A program made the position numbers and the translations under genes. The notes under the pieces are model-generated. The model saw only the letters and a program-made list of their open reading frames with translations, made no database searches and was not told the DNA's origin. A stretch of DNA of 63,327 nucleotides, filler included, from Collodictyon triciliatum (Eukaryota), in the NCBI GenBank assembly GCA_043381765.1. It is 5 parts of 5 records of this genome, joined end to end, with 100 filler letters (N's around TTAATTAATTAA, not from the genome) between each part and the next. Parts side by side here need not be neighbours in the genome. Positions count along the whole stretch, not along the records: positions 11,380 to 26,179 come from JBHJMP010001768.1; positions 26,280 to 41,159 come from JBHJMP010001769.1; 3 more parts are not named here. One strand, given 5' to 3'. Every line of letters starts with the position of its first letter. Positions within the stretch are counted from its first letter, which is position 1. Of this stretch, positions 19,512-32,881 are shown piece after piece.

Positions 19512-21140
19512 ATGGAGGCTGTAGAAGTCGACCAGAGCCACTCTTCTCTGGCACGAGACCAGAACAAACAGGCAGATGCTACCGAAGGCGAGCAGGTTGG
19601 CTCGGGCCCCGCAACCGAAAAGAGTCAGCAGCATAGCACAAAACAACAGCCCTTCGATGACTTGTTCCATGTCAACCAGCAAGAATATCCAAATGAAATA
19701 GGGAGCTTGGAGAGCGAAAAGCAGAATATACAAAGAGTGATGGTTGCTCAGCAAAATATGGTTGAAGAGCGGACTGGCGGGATGTTGTGTTGGGAGGAAT
19801 CAACCAAACAAGCTTACATCATCTGGTTTCGGTGTATTTCCATGATAATATACATTCTTTCGGCTAATCTACTCTTTGTTTGGATCTACTATATGCCGGT
19901 CGTCGTTCTTTCTCCTAATATTCTCCAACACGTCAAAGAGATATTGTATGTTACACTGCGTGATATTTTGAGTTCTTTTTCGTTTTGGTCTTCTGTCAAC
20001 CTGGCGGGTATTGAGATTTTTAACTTTCAGTTTTCTATTCATGCTTCAGCCCGTGTATTGGCTCCAGGCTATCTATTAGATAACGTTTTCAATCAACTAT
20101 ACCAATCAAATGGCATATTTCTAAATATTCAAGGTCTCTCGTCTTTACTTTTTATTGGAGGTGGTCTGTGGGTTATTTATAAATCTAAGAGACCAAAAAT
20201 AATGAGTGTTGAAATGGAAGAGCACTTCGTTTTGACAAAGGATGGCTCAGTCTCAGCTTTATTCAAAGGGCTCATTGCATTTTATATTCTGGTGAAGTTT
20301 CTGTTTTTCAATATTCTGGCCATCTACTTAAAATCATCGATTTTCGTTCAACTAATATTCCGGTTTTTCATTTTCCCTATAAGTTTTAACATATCCAACT
20401 GGATTCAAATGAAGCTCATTCAAAATCTATCAAAAGAACAAATAGACAAGAGGCTGATTGCGAACAAAATTTGCAACCACTATATCCAATTACTTGGAAG
20501 GGTCTTGGTTTCGAATTTTTCTGCGGATAGTGCTCTCTCATTTGAGTTTATCTTAGTAAACCTTGCTGCAGCTATGATTGATGTGATTTCGACGTCCACA
20601 TTCAGATATCGAATGATGATAGTATTCCAAGCTCAAAGCGCAGCTGGAACAGTCTACTCAAGGATGAAATGCTTATCAAATTGGAAAAGAATTTTTCCTA
20701 TGCCTCCTGAAGAAAATGAACCGCATTTGCGACAATTAAGGGAACTTTCTCCAGTCGAAAATGGATCTGCGACTTCTGATATGCAGGAAAAGTTCATTCA
20801 AGAGATTATATATCTCAGAGCACGATCTATTTGCGATAGCCTGGTTTCAGAGATGTACTCAATTATATTTGCCCCATTACTGATGTATTTTGCTCATTCT
20901 TTGGTGGACTCATCATCTTTTGGCTCGATACACTCACTTGAAGAATGTCTTTACCAAGTTATGATTCAATTTTTATTTAAGTTTGTCTCTGATATCATCA
21001 CCCTGGCAATCGAAGTTCGCTATGGTCGCATTAATATGAAAAACTTCAGGTCGTGGAGTCCTATGAATCATTCAATATTGCTTCTTTGGTCAAATTACTG
21101 TGTTTTTTCAATGCTCTGGGCCATCATTTACAATTCGTGA
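19512..21140 (+). CDS. Intronless 542-aa multi-pass membrane protein of unknown function
   Basis: Single long ORF with a Q/E-rich hydrophilic N-terminus followed by many hydrophobic segments. Confidence 0.75.
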   Translation: MEAVEVDQSHSSLARDQNKQADATEGEQVGSGPATEKSQQHSTKQQPFDDLFHVNQQEYPNEIGSLESEKQNIQRVMVAQQNMVEERTGGMLCWEESTKQAYIIWFRCISMIIYILSANLLFVWIYYMPVVVLSPNILQHVKEILYVTLRDILSSFSFWSSVNLAGIEIFNFQFSIHASARVLAPGYLLDNVFNQLYQSNGIFLNIQGLSSLLFIGGGLWVIYKSKRPKIMSVEMEEHFVLTKDGSVSALFKGLIAFYILVKFLFFNILAIYLKSSIFVQLIFRFFIFPISFNISNWIQMKLIQNLSKEQIDKRLIANKICNHYIQLLGRVLVSNFSADSALSFEFILVNLAAAMIDVISTSTFRYRMMIVFQAQSAAGTVYSRMKCLSNWKRIFPMPPEENEPHLRQLRELSPVENGSATSDMQEKFIQEIIYLRARSICDSLVSEMYSIIFAPLLMYFAHSLVDSSSFGSIHSLEECLYQVMIQFLFKFVSDIITLAIEVRYGRINMKNFRSWSPMNHSILLLWSNYCVFSMLWAIIYNS

Positions 21141-22340
21141 ATTTCGATTTCGATATTGCCCGGGAAAATATATTCATCAAAACTAGTATGTTTTGCTTGC
21201 TATTTTCTTTTATAAGCTGGGAGAACTAGACTATACCATCAAGTCTCAGGAAACTAGACACCGGCTCCTGTTACTGAATTATTAGTTCTCCTTTCTTGTT
21301 TTGTGTTGGAGAAAATGATTTATGTTGCATAAGTTGTTTTTCGGAGACTACTCAGCATTGAGAGTAACTTCTTTTTTATGCTCCTCAATATAAATGAAGT
21401 AAATTTAATGTCCATTTGATGATAATAGTGCTGTCATGTGCCTCTTATTATGATATTATCTATAAGGATACGGTGGTTAATCGATTATATGAGGTTAAGC
21501 AAGAGTGATGAAATCATCAATCGACTTGGACTTTTTTATTTTATTTTGTTTATCATTTATTCGATTCAAAGTGACCGTAATTATACTATAACAAAAAAAA
21601 GTCTTTCGATATCCCGAGAAATTATCATATCGAAAGGATGTGAATTGTGTAATCGCTACACATTATTTGCCCATATCTGACAAAAAAGTTAAACCTTGTA
21701 TTTTTAGGTCGCCTTGTGTCAAGCAAGGACATTCTTATTTTCGTAAATACATAATAACCTATCAACCTTACTGAAGGATGTTTAATTCACTTATGTAGCA
21801 TCAAATGCTATCAACCCAAAATTGATGAGAAAGTATCATCGGTAAACTAGTCCACAGCCGAAGGTATAGGTGCCGAAATGTTACATTTCTCGGCAGATTC
21901 GGTCAGAATCCTGTCCTTGCAGATGATTTAGATGCGTGAGATTAGACCGCCACAATAGATTCATTACCGAGCGGTATGGGTTGAGACATTGAATATCATC
22001 CAACTTAAAGAGTTTTATCAAAAATATAGCATCGTTTTTTTTTTTTTTTTTTTTTTTTTTGGCTGAGCTATTAATATTAGCGATGTGCGTCTCAAGATGG
22101 CGCACTAACTAAATTATACTGAAAATACTATGATATACTTCTCTGGAGGGAAGAAAAAGCAAAGGCTAACTTGTTATCTCCGCGACTTCTCACCCGGCCA
22201 GCGCTCCTGTCAAAAAGCTGTCATGAATGTCATTTGGCGTGGTGCATTCGGGTTGCATCTTAGTACCTGTTGCTGGTGGTGATTCTATTGCTTTCGTGGT
22301 ACAAACAAATTGGATAATGGAACCCACTATTTCCCTCTTT

Positions 22341-22880
22341 TCTATCTTTCTTTTTTATCTTTTCTTCTCTTTTCTTCTCTTTTCTTCTCTTTTCTTCTCT
22401 TTTCTTCTCTTTTCTTCTCTTTTCTTCTCTTTTTTTTTTCTTCTCTTTTCTTCTCTTTTCTTCTCTTTTCTTCTCTTTTCTTCTCTTTTCTTCTCTTTTC
22501 TTCTCTTTTCTTCTCTTTTCTTCTCTTTTCTTCTCTTTTCTTCTCTTTTCTTTCTTTTCTTCTCTTTTCTTTTCTTTTCTTTCTTCTCTTTTCTTCTCTT
22601 TTCTTTCTTCTCTTCTCTTTCTTCTCTTCTCTTTCTTCTCTTTTCTTTCTTCTCTTTTCTTCTCTTTTCTTTCTTCTCTTCTCTTTTCTCTTTTCTCTTT
22701 TCTCTTTTCTCTTTTCTCTTTTCTCTTTTCTCTTTTCTCTTTTCTCTTTTCTCTTTTCTTCTTTTTCTTCTTTTCTCTTTTCTCTTTTCTCTTTTCTCTT
22801 TTCTTCCTTTTCTCTTTTCTCTTTTCTCTTTTCTCTTTTCTCTTTTCTCTTTTCTCTTTTCTCTTTTCTCCTCTCTCCTC
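22341..22880. repeat. Polypyrimidine tandem repeat (TTTTCTTCTC / TTTTCTC units)
   Basis: Read directly. Confidence 0.95.
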
Positions 22881-23003
22881 TTATCAAAAAGAAACCATCC
22901 TATTTTCTACTTTCTCCTTTATAAATCACTGCATTACTAATCCAAAGAATAAAAAACAAAAACATGTGTTCTGTGCAGGTGTTCCTTGGGAGATAAACGG
23001 CGA

Positions 23004-26000
23004 ATGAAGAGAGAAACCTTCTATGTCAGTAGGTTATCTGCGTCGAGCAAAATAACGCGCTATATCCGCTCACTTCTTTGCCTCGCTGCGTTCATAAGTA
23101 TATGCTTGTCTATGCAAGCTACCTTTTGTGAAATGCAGTTTACTTGCGCGCATGACTATTATCTACAATACCACTCCGGGCTCGCCAAGGCACCCCAAAG
23201 TTACCTCCTAAACTCTGTAAGTAAATATGTATGTGCTTTTCGGCCGCTTTTTTGGTTAGCAATGATTATTTTGATGAGAACTTGATTAAAGTTCCAAATT
23301 AAATCCAAGATTGCTTTTTTTTTTATTATATTGTAATTTTCTTGTAATTGCATTATAGTTTATAATTTATTATGGTAGTTGTTTACATCGTTTCTTTTTT
23401 TCATTTGTTTGGAAGGCACTTATCTCTTTCATGACATCGTCCTATATTTGAAGGCTGTACGAAAACTATCTATCATATATGATACGCAATATCTATTGGA
23501 TTCAGCATACACCTGCATCGAAGCTGGATCGATTGTTTTTGTCGGTTTGTCTTTGAATCTTGTTTTTCATACTTTGAGAATTATGTGATTGTGAATACCT
23601 TTGTATACATTGAAGTTTTTTTCTTTTTTAATTTCAACCTTCAAACCTGCTCCTAGGGATGGATAGATCTATTATGTACTTTAACTCAAGTCTGGACTAT
23701 CCTTTTTGCTCTTCAAAAGTGTCTGTAAATTGTTGGTATACATGCTCTGAGGTAAGGAAAAGATATCATTAATTCAATTCGAAATCGACTCATCCCAGCT
23801 ATTCTGTTGATTTAATTTATTTTTGTATTCATTTGTTTGAACAGCTAATGATAAACCAATATAAATAAGTAAATAAATAAAGAGTGATATAGTTTCAGCT
23901 ACCTTTAAGAGTCACCTCATTGCCTCCATGCTATCCGTTTCGTCCCTGATATCCTCAATCATACAAGTTACGCCAACAAAAAACAGGTGGAATATATACA
24001 AAAATATTACAATCAATACAATATATTAGTCAATATGTATCAATAAATAATCACCCTGATATACTCAAAATAAGTCTTGTTCTTCCTGCTGGGACATGTG
24101 GAATATTGCAAGGGATACATGTTTCTCCCGAATATGTTGCAAAATTCGCGTCGCATGCAGATCTTGTTATTTTCCTAACTGCCAGGTGGATATAGAAATG
24201 AGCAGATATTTATATACAGTTCGTCTGTTAAACAAAACTAAACATTACAAAGCTGCTCGAAATTACAGCAACCAAACAAAAATAATTAAATAATTAACTG
24301 TCATCATTCGACAGACCTGTGACAGTAAAGAACTCTCCATCATACGGCACAAGCTGCATTATCGACCAAGATGGGCGTCCGCTTGTAGGTCATATAAATA
24401 TTGTTCCTGGTAGATGGAAAAAGGATGTAGCCACATCAGCGCCATTGAAATCTGTTCTGTTGCATGAAACAATACATGTGATGGGGTTTTCTTCATTAAA
24501 GTACCTGCCAAAATCAGTAACAAATGAATATTTGATAAATCCCGTTGCAATTTTATATCATCTATTTTGGTATTTGCAACCAGATGAATCTATTAGTTTT
24601 TTAAAAAAAAATTATCATACACGAAGCCTATTGCTTTTTGGGAATAGCAAAATATTGAACTTCATCGGGCCAAACGCCGGGGCTCATCATTTCTACGAAT
24701 GGACAGACCCAAATATGATTAATGTAATTATAATGTATATGTATATATATGTAATCCCTACTTGAATTTCGAAGTCATCTAAAATTATTTTCTAAATAAA
24801 AATTGTGATAGTATGCGAGAAACCAATTCCAATGCCCTCAAATAAAATCTGCTTCTTGGGAAAATTCAGAAGACACTGTATCTCATTGGGAGCAATGTAA
24901 ATATGAATAAATGCACATATTTTGGATTATTTATACAAATACCATTTCTGAAAAAATTGAAGAAAAAAACACAATCCAGTTTACTTTGAAGGAGAAATTA
25001 TGTCACCATCTTACTCCGGCCGCTCACTCATATCATATCTGACCTTGTCCTACTTTTCAGAAAGTGGTTGGTATCAGGTCTTTTTTATCTTAAGGTTTTT
25101 TAATTAATCTAATTGGATCTAATTTACCAATTTACATTATTTAAAAAAATAATCTTTTTTAATAATTATCTGGGGGATTCATGCTGTATTCCTTTCTCAT
25201 GCATTTTTTTTAAAAAAAAAATGTTGCCTATAAATGATATCTTGTGCATTTATAATTAGATTAAAAATTTAAAAATGGATAAAATTCTATTTGGATATCA
25301 TTTGGTATGAAACTCGAATAACTTATTGCATGATATATTCGATGAGCACATTGTGGAGATGAAAATTTTGTATTTTTTTTTTTGATGATACACATTCCTA
25401 TTCATATGGTTTTTAAATCAATTAGGGATGTGATTTTTACAAGAGCTGTCAATCTCGAACTCAGAGAGGATATCTATGCGTAGAAAATAATACAATGGCA
25501 TGTACATACGATTATCAATCCAAGGTGCCTTGAATATTTTTGTTGAATTTTGGTATATTTACGTGTTCTCAACGCCGATTACAATTCATCGAATTCCATG
25601 AGGCATCTCGCCCGATTACTTAATTTCATGCAATTTTTCTAGGGGCAGTGCATCCTGGTTGAGTATTTCAACCCCCTTCCAATTGAGTATCAATATTTCC
25701 ATAATCCTTTGCTTGGTGGGCGTTCGCCACATGCAAACTATTGCCCTTTTTATGAACCTGTTGAGGGTATTTTTATTCTTATATACGATTAAGAAGTAAT
25801 TCCCTTTCTTGCCTTTTGTCCTGTTGAAATAACCTCGTCTTCTCTAAGCAAGGTAAAAGAGAATATATATCGTAACTTTGGAATATTTATCCTCAAAGAT
25901 TGTTCGTCGTTGAGCTTTACAGATCGAAATTATGGGGAGGAAAGCACACCAAACTCAAGCTGTTTCATGAGCAATATTAAGCAGAAGACACCAGCATCGA

Positions 26001-26068
26001 ATGCTCACATTCAAAATAGAACGCCCATCTGCTATCATTCTATATGTATCGCCGAAGATATTATAAAG
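23004..26068 (+). CDS. Multi-exon leishmanolysin/invadolysin-like zinc metallopeptidase (peptidase M8); 3' end cut by the contig end
   Basis: Hydrophobic N-terminal segment then CAHD propeptide motif; ADLVIFLTARP; CIIDQDGRPLVGHINI; HExxH as LLHETIHVMGFS; third zinc ligand in SHWE; Met-turn GEIMS; LTLSYFSESGWY; Cys-rich C-terminal region (ANYCPFY, SSCFMS). Confidence 0.85.
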
Positions 26069-26179
26069 GTTTTTACATTATTTATTATTTGTTATTTATT
26101 ATTTGTTATTTATTATTTGTTATTTATTATTTGTTATTTATTATTTGTTATTTATTATTTGTTATTTATTATTTGTTAT

Positions 26180-26279
26180 NNNNNNNNNNNNNNNNNNNNN
26201 NNNNNNNNNNNNNNNNNNNNNNNTTAATTAATTAANNNNNNNNNNNNNNNNNNNNNNNNNNNNNNNNNNNNNNNNNNNN
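26180..26279. other. Artificial contig-joining linker
   Basis: N44-TTAATTAATTAA-N44. Confidence 0.97.
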
Positions 26280-26282
26280 TAC

Positions 26283-26361
<79 letters not shown>

Positions 26362-27466
26362 GAAAGCAGTGTATTTGAGGTAAATTATAGATTCCTTTGT
26401 GAGGTATTATGTATCTAGTAAGGTTTAAGCAATGAGGTGCTAACCAATCAAATGTTTACATGTTCGATCCTTTACGGAAATGGGGTGGGTAGATACTGAG
26501 AGCTTATGGATGTGTGCCATTCCATATAACTAACGCTAATCTTCTAAAGGGCCACAATCTGTATTGCGGGCGAATAATGATCAATGGCTGGAGCATGTAG
26601 TGCACCCCGAGCGAGTGGTTTGTTAGCAACAAACAGACACATTTGGATGCAATAAGCAACTCAATCGGACATTTCCACCCAAGCTTGCTGTCAGACAATT
26701 TTTCATTTCCACAACAAAGGCTCAGTGCTGTCAATCTTCACGATTGTCGGGACGCTTCTCTACCGAGAGCGCCTTGAGAAATTACACAGTAATTAGATTC
26801 TGTCTGGAACACATGGAACAACAGAAAGTATAGTCTGTTGCATGGACAGCAATAGTATTCTCAAGTCCGAAAGGCTTGACAGAACAGAATGAGTGGTGAT
26901 GGATAAAATGGAAAGGCCAACCAGAAATTATGCGGACGATTAGAAATGAAACGAAAAGGCAAACTGGAGCGTTGGTGTGTTGCCCTGCTTCAGCCAAGGT
27001 TATGTTTGGAAAATGTAATTTCCAGAAAGTAAAAGTATACCAAATATGTGCATAGATCCAACGGCTCTACTGTGATTCCTCATTAGGATGATGTTTTCAT
27101 CTTTCGAACGTTTGAATTTTTGAATGTCTCGCCGTTGGAAATAACCCTTTCGATTGATCACAAATATTCTAAACCGGGTTTCTTTACTGAATATAAAGTA
27201 AATTAAATCAAATATGGATTTTCTTAAGGAAAGCCTGGGCGGACAAGTATATTACCTTTCGTAAGTCCTTCCTATCTTCTCAACCAGCAACTTCGAGCAG
27301 GTGCCAATTTTTTTTTCATAAGATCGCTGGGGATCTGCTCGCTCTAAGTCAGTCTACCAATGAGCGGAGGCTCCAGCCAAAAGAAATACCAGCTGTATCG
27401 CTCTTCCAACTGAAACGGTGAAGGCGGCGAGAATCAGAGGTGGCGATCGGACACGATCACACTAGT

Positions 27467-27587
27467 TTGTTTTGTTTTTGTTTTTGTTTTTGTTTTTGTT
27501 TTTGTTTTTGTTTTTGTTTTTGTTTTTGTTTTTGTTTTTGTTTTTGTTTTTGTTTTTGTTTTTGTTTTTGTTTTTGTTTTTGTTTTT
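27467..27587. repeat. (TTTTTG)n microsatellite
   Basis: Read directly. Confidence 0.95.
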
Positions 27588-28170
27588 CAAGTGTGGAGGA
27601 GGTTGTGACAAACGGAGAGGCCGCCCCAACAGAAACGAAGGCTTTAAACGCGAAATAGACCAACCCAAATACCCGCCTCTTCCGTTGTCGAACCCGTGGC
27701 TCTCGCTTTCTTGTCGTTGGCTGGGTGCTCGGCTTCGACTAATGATACACTGAAAAGCCTCATAACTCGTCGACTTTTCGGTGAATCAGTTGCCCACAGG
27801 GGGGCGGAAGAGTCGTCACAACGCGGTCTTATATGCCTATGACGGGTGTTTCCTTCTAGTTGTACACTATGATAACGAGAGGAAATCAAAGCCGAATAGG
27901 CAGCCTCAAAAGAAAAGCAGAAACGGGGGAGTGCTTTGACTCTCACTGACTTTTGAAGATCGTGGAGTTGACTTGGTTCAACCCTATTGCTTTTCCTTCC
28001 CCTTCCCCCTATCACCTTCATAACTCCACTCTGGCTATTCACCTGTCTCAGAGGAAGAGGAAGAAGAAAGAAAAAAAGGAACCTTGAGGTGATGCTTGGT
28101 TCAGAAGCCGAATACCCAATCTCCACAAGTTACTCACCCCGCTATTCACTCCAGAATATTGGAATCAAGA

Positions 28171-30134
28171 ATGTCTGAACAGAACGCCTATGACGGCTCA
28201 TTCCCTTCCCCAAGCATGAGGAGCTCCGTAATCCTGCCTCTCACCCAGCAGCCCATGGTTCCCCACGACTTTGCCTCGCCGGCGCAAACCACCTTGAAGC
28301 TCCAACCACACATCACCCCGAAGCCCCCGTCAGTTTCTAGACAAGGCACAGCTGGATTTTCTCGCAGCCTCTTTTCCTCTCAAGCCCAACAGGCTCCTAA
28401 CGGACGCGCCACACCGAACATATCCCTTGACCTGTCCAATGCCTCGCAAGTCTCTTCTCTCTCGTATGGATCTGTATGCAGCATCTACTCCCCTGATACA
28501 CACGGCCCAAACGTGGTTAGTCCCCTCAGTCTCTAAATTTCTTCCTGGGCTTCTTTTCCTTTCCTTCTCGTAAACAGTAAAAGCTATGTGCGAGAGAGGA
28601 TGGTATAGTTGCTAATCAATTTTTCCAAACCTTGTAGAGTTGCTTACAAGTAGACGACCAGTCTCTAGCCTCTCCAGCTAGCAATCCTATTGATAAGATG
28701 ACTCAAAAGCGACAACTTCCTTTAGAAGATAGGGCTACCACACCAACACCAAGAACACACTCCATACCTGTTGGTAAGTTACATACACGCCCAGTTCTAG
28801 TGAGAAGAATTGCCTCTCATACCCAGGCTGTCCACTTTACTATTAGGGCAATACCCTGTTGACGTCTGTCAAACATGCGATGCATTTAACCCTTGACATT
28901 TTCCACCTCTACCGTAGATATGTTTGAGTCTCCCGGGAAGGCATTCCCTCCTCCTCCTCCTCTCACTCCTATTCCAAATGTTCGTGAAGATACGAGAGAG
29001 AATACATTCGTGGAGTATGTAAGTTGACTGATTGTCGCTTTTGCCGACACTTTTGCTTTATTTTCTGTCCATTCCAATATATAAAATTCATGTTTTAAGT
29101 GAGTAATCTACTACACCACGAAGCTAACTATCGAACATCAGGATTCGCCTCCCCGTTATCCCAACCGAAGCACAAAACCGCCTATGACTGTCGCTCGGAC
29201 ATCAGCAGCCTTATATGACCGTTTTGACCAGAACGTAATGCCACAAACCCCATGTAAGCAGAACAAACGGCAATGCTTCTCTCTACCCCACACACCCAAC
29301 AAGCAGACACCAAAGCGCTCGTTGCTGGCCGATTTGCAAGGTATATCCCTCGCGGGTGAGTATCTCATTCTTGGTAACCTTCATGTATATTTCGACATCC
29401 CGTAATCGACTCCTTCACGAATTCTTAACCCTAATGAATTATACCCCTCCTCAAGAAAACCTTGACGGAAACGTGGAGCAACCTGCACTAGCTCTCCAAG
29501 GACACAATCCAGACTACGATGTCCTCCAAGAATCACCCAGAATCATGTCACGGCCCACGCATGCACCTTATACCCCTGGCGCTCCACACCGGCTGTGAGT
29601 TATTTTTTTTTTAACAAAAAATGAAATAATAAATTTCCCCTGGGTGAGTTCATGATCATTGCAGCCAACTGTCAAAGTATGAATGATTTGAGGCTTACTG
29701 AAGACAATTGGATCAAACATTTCATTTCTTCACAGAATATATATATTATTTGCTTCACTCATTCTGTTTATTAATAGAAATCGTTCAAACCACGGACACT
29801 TTGCTGACAGTTCACTTTTTAATGACCCGGAGATGACAAGCTATTCCGAGCATCAGTACTCTCCTGTCAGGAGGCATGATTCTATAGATCCTCTTTATGA
29901 CCCAGATGAAATCCGGATCTCTGGTGGCTCAACTCCTCTACGAACTCTCGCACATCATGTCCCTAATCACTCTAATCCACCGACCACGCCATTTTCTCAC
30001 ATTTCGCCGCGAAATTTGAGTGCTGTCAACTTCAACATATATTCTCCAAAGAATTTGAGTAGTATCATGGGCAGAGAGAAGAGTGGTGATTCAGGGCCTA
30101 CTAGAAGCTTCGAGTTTGGTATAACGAAAATTTG

Positions 30135-30208
<74 letters not shown>

Positions 30209-32520
30209 AAGTTCTCCTTGCTAGAGATTGTATGTTGAATACACGGTATTACTACCTTTCAATTCACAACTCATATGTCCTATTGTCTGGTTGAACAACA
30301 ATCACAGATCAAGCTGAGCTAGATCCAAAGTTTGTTGATGAGTTTGCTGTGTCTGAGGTTTGTTACACAGTTAGTACATAAAGACGTTGGAGGCCCCCAT
30401 ATACCCCAACAAGACTCATGATCACAGGACCAGTATTATATATTTCTTTTCTCAAATATCTCCATCACACTGTTTATTTATTTCTCCATGTGTCTAGGTC
30501 ATTGGGAATGGAAGCTTTGGCACGGTCTATAAATGTTTGAAGAGGCTGGACGGATGGACCTATGCAGTCAAGAAATCAAGAAAGAAAGTGAAGGCCATTG
30601 GATCGTAATATTTTCTTATTTGCTCTCTCTCTCTCTCCTACATTTTACATTTGGAAGGAGGTCGCCTTCTTTATTCCGCTATTTTGAGACAACCCCAGGC
30701 TGAGCCATCCTTTTCGATCTCCTACTCTCCCTTAGTGAACAATTCAATGAGATCTACGCCCTAGCTGCTCTGGCCGACTCTCCTCACATTGTCCGTTACT
30801 ACAGCTCTTGGGTGGGAGATGATGGTCATATTTATATCCAGATGGAGGTATATTAGAACAAACTCTATTCCTATCGTTTCAGGCTACATTTACGTCTTCT
30901 CTTTGAGTGGAAACTGATACACTTGTTTTTCTTTTTGACTGCCCAGTACTGTGACCATCCAAATCTCGACAAACTCCGCCGGGATGGTCAGACTTTCTCT
31001 GAAGATAAATTGTGTGAAATTCTCCGACAGATGGCGCTGGTATGTTATGATTCATAAAATTATCGCCTGATTTTTTTTTCATTTGTTTTATTTTTACCAT
31101 CTCAGCTGTCTCATTATACATTGCTCATATTTGACCGAATAATTTTCCAAGTCTAACACCAACTAACTATAGGCGTTGAAGCTAATGCACGGAAGAGATA
31201 TTGTTCATCTAGACATTAAGGTATCATTTGTAGAGTAATTCGTTCGAGAACAAGAGGATACTTTTACCATATCTGCAATAACTTTATGAAATTTGAATCA
31301 TCGCTTTTCACTAAATTATCACGTATTCATACGCACACGCCCAGCCCGAAAACATATGTGAAAATAAAGGCCGCTATGTGCTCCTTGACCTTGGATTGTG
31401 TGTCCCGTCAACAAGGAGCGTTAGTGATCTGGCTGACGAAGGAGATTGGTAATTTGACAATGAGCATAGTATTCCTTTAGTAGCTCTGGGTCAACATGAA
31501 GCCTAGATACTTTTTTTTTGAAAAACAAGTGGAATGGTCGTATCTTTAACCCCCAATTATTATTATTATTATTTTATTATTTATAAAATAAAATAAAAAA
31601 AACCCACACACCAATAGTCGCTACTTAAGTCGTGAGATATTGCAAGACCCCAAAGCCGAGCTGTACAAGGCCGACATTTTTGCCCTGGGCATTAGTATAT
31701 ATGAGCTGGTAAGATTATTTTTTTTTGGGAGGGAGCGTACGAACGTCAAACTTTTTATCATATTTGTACTCAAATGAGGGAAATTATATTTGTAAGTGTA
31801 TATTTTTATCCTCGCGATGTCTAATGTCTTCCTCTTTATTCCATGTGTAATCTATCAGGCATTGGGGAAGTCGCTGCCTAAAGGAGGAGACGATTACCAA
31901 TCCTTGAGGGATGGCAATGTACCTTTTCCACCCGGCTTCACCGCTGACTTCATGGCTGTCATTCGGGTAAGACATAATTATTGACTGCTTGTTGGACATG
32001 TGTTTGCCTCGTTTTCATTTATGGGACAATCACCTCTGTATTCTTCATTTATTCGATTTATAGGAAGAAACATAATATTTTAATTATTGAAGCAATCCTC
32101 CTGGTGATCTTATTCCTCAATTATACATATTTCTGTATAATTCAAATGATAGCTGTATATATTCCGAATGAAATTAGAGAAGATATTAACAGTAGATAAT
32201 GCAATGAATTCGAGTCTGGTTTGGGTTGTTCTTGTCTGATTACTTATCCATTTATTTATTCTTGACTACAGAGCATGATGGATCCAAACCCATCGCTGCG
32301 CCCGACAGCCAAGGCGCTTCTTGAGACCCCTATCCTTGTGCTGGAAGAGAAGCATCAAGCCGAGGTTCTCCAAGTGGAGCTGAACCACGAACACTCGCTT
32401 GTGGAGAAGTACGAGCGGCAGCTGGCCGAAAAGAACCAACTGATTGAGCTCCTAGTAGGTCACGTCCACTCACTTGGGCATGAGCTACCTGCTGGGCTAC
32501 GAGGCTTTCTCGGGCAGTAA
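28171..32520 (+). CDS. WEE1: Multi-exon Wee1-family protein kinase
   Basis: The kinase domain splices in frame with GT-AG introns: IGNGSFGTVYKCLKRLDGWTYAVKKS, EIYALAAL, HIVRYYSSW, IVHLDIK|PENI, DLG, EGDC|RYLSREIL, KADIFALG. The N-terminus is rich in SP/TP sites and the C-terminus is coiled-coil. Stop at 32518-32520. Confidence 0.88.
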
Positions 32521-32796
32521 AGCACGTCGCTGTTGCCCTCCATCCCACCAGCCAGCCACGGCGGCCTCAGCATCCGGTATGTAAGCGTCCTGTGCGCCTG
32601 TGTATTATATGTCAGCGCACATGGGTGGTGAAGAATCAGCGCATGGTACCTATCTTGTTCTCGTCGGCGTTGTTCCACTGCCGCATCTTTTGTCTTTCAT
32701 TCTCCCCCTTTTGCGATGGTGTTGGTCATTCTAAGCCGCACCTCACCTTTTGTCTATCTGCGTCTATATTTAAAGTCTCTCCCTTCCTCTCTCTCT

Positions 32797-32881
32797 CTCA
32801 CTCACTCACTCACTCACTCACTCACTCACTCACTCACTCACTCACTCACTCACTCACTCACTCACTCACTCACTCACTCAC
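32797..32881. repeat. (CTCA)n microsatellite
   Basis: Read directly. Confidence 0.95.

Noticed and set aside
22227-22940. Long F/S/L-rich or K/R/E-rich ORFs, and similar ones near 9900-10550, 41200, 50000 and 55740
   Set aside because: Translations of microsatellites or N runs.
26410-26475. tRNA-Ser-like or SINE-head-like stretch with a B-box GTTCGATCC
   Set aside because: I could not form acceptor, anticodon or T stems, and there is no convincing A box.
26860-26960. Chromodomain-like WIKWKGQPE peptide suggesting a decayed LTR element
   Set aside because: A single short motif with adjacent stops; no integrase or RT motifs nearby.
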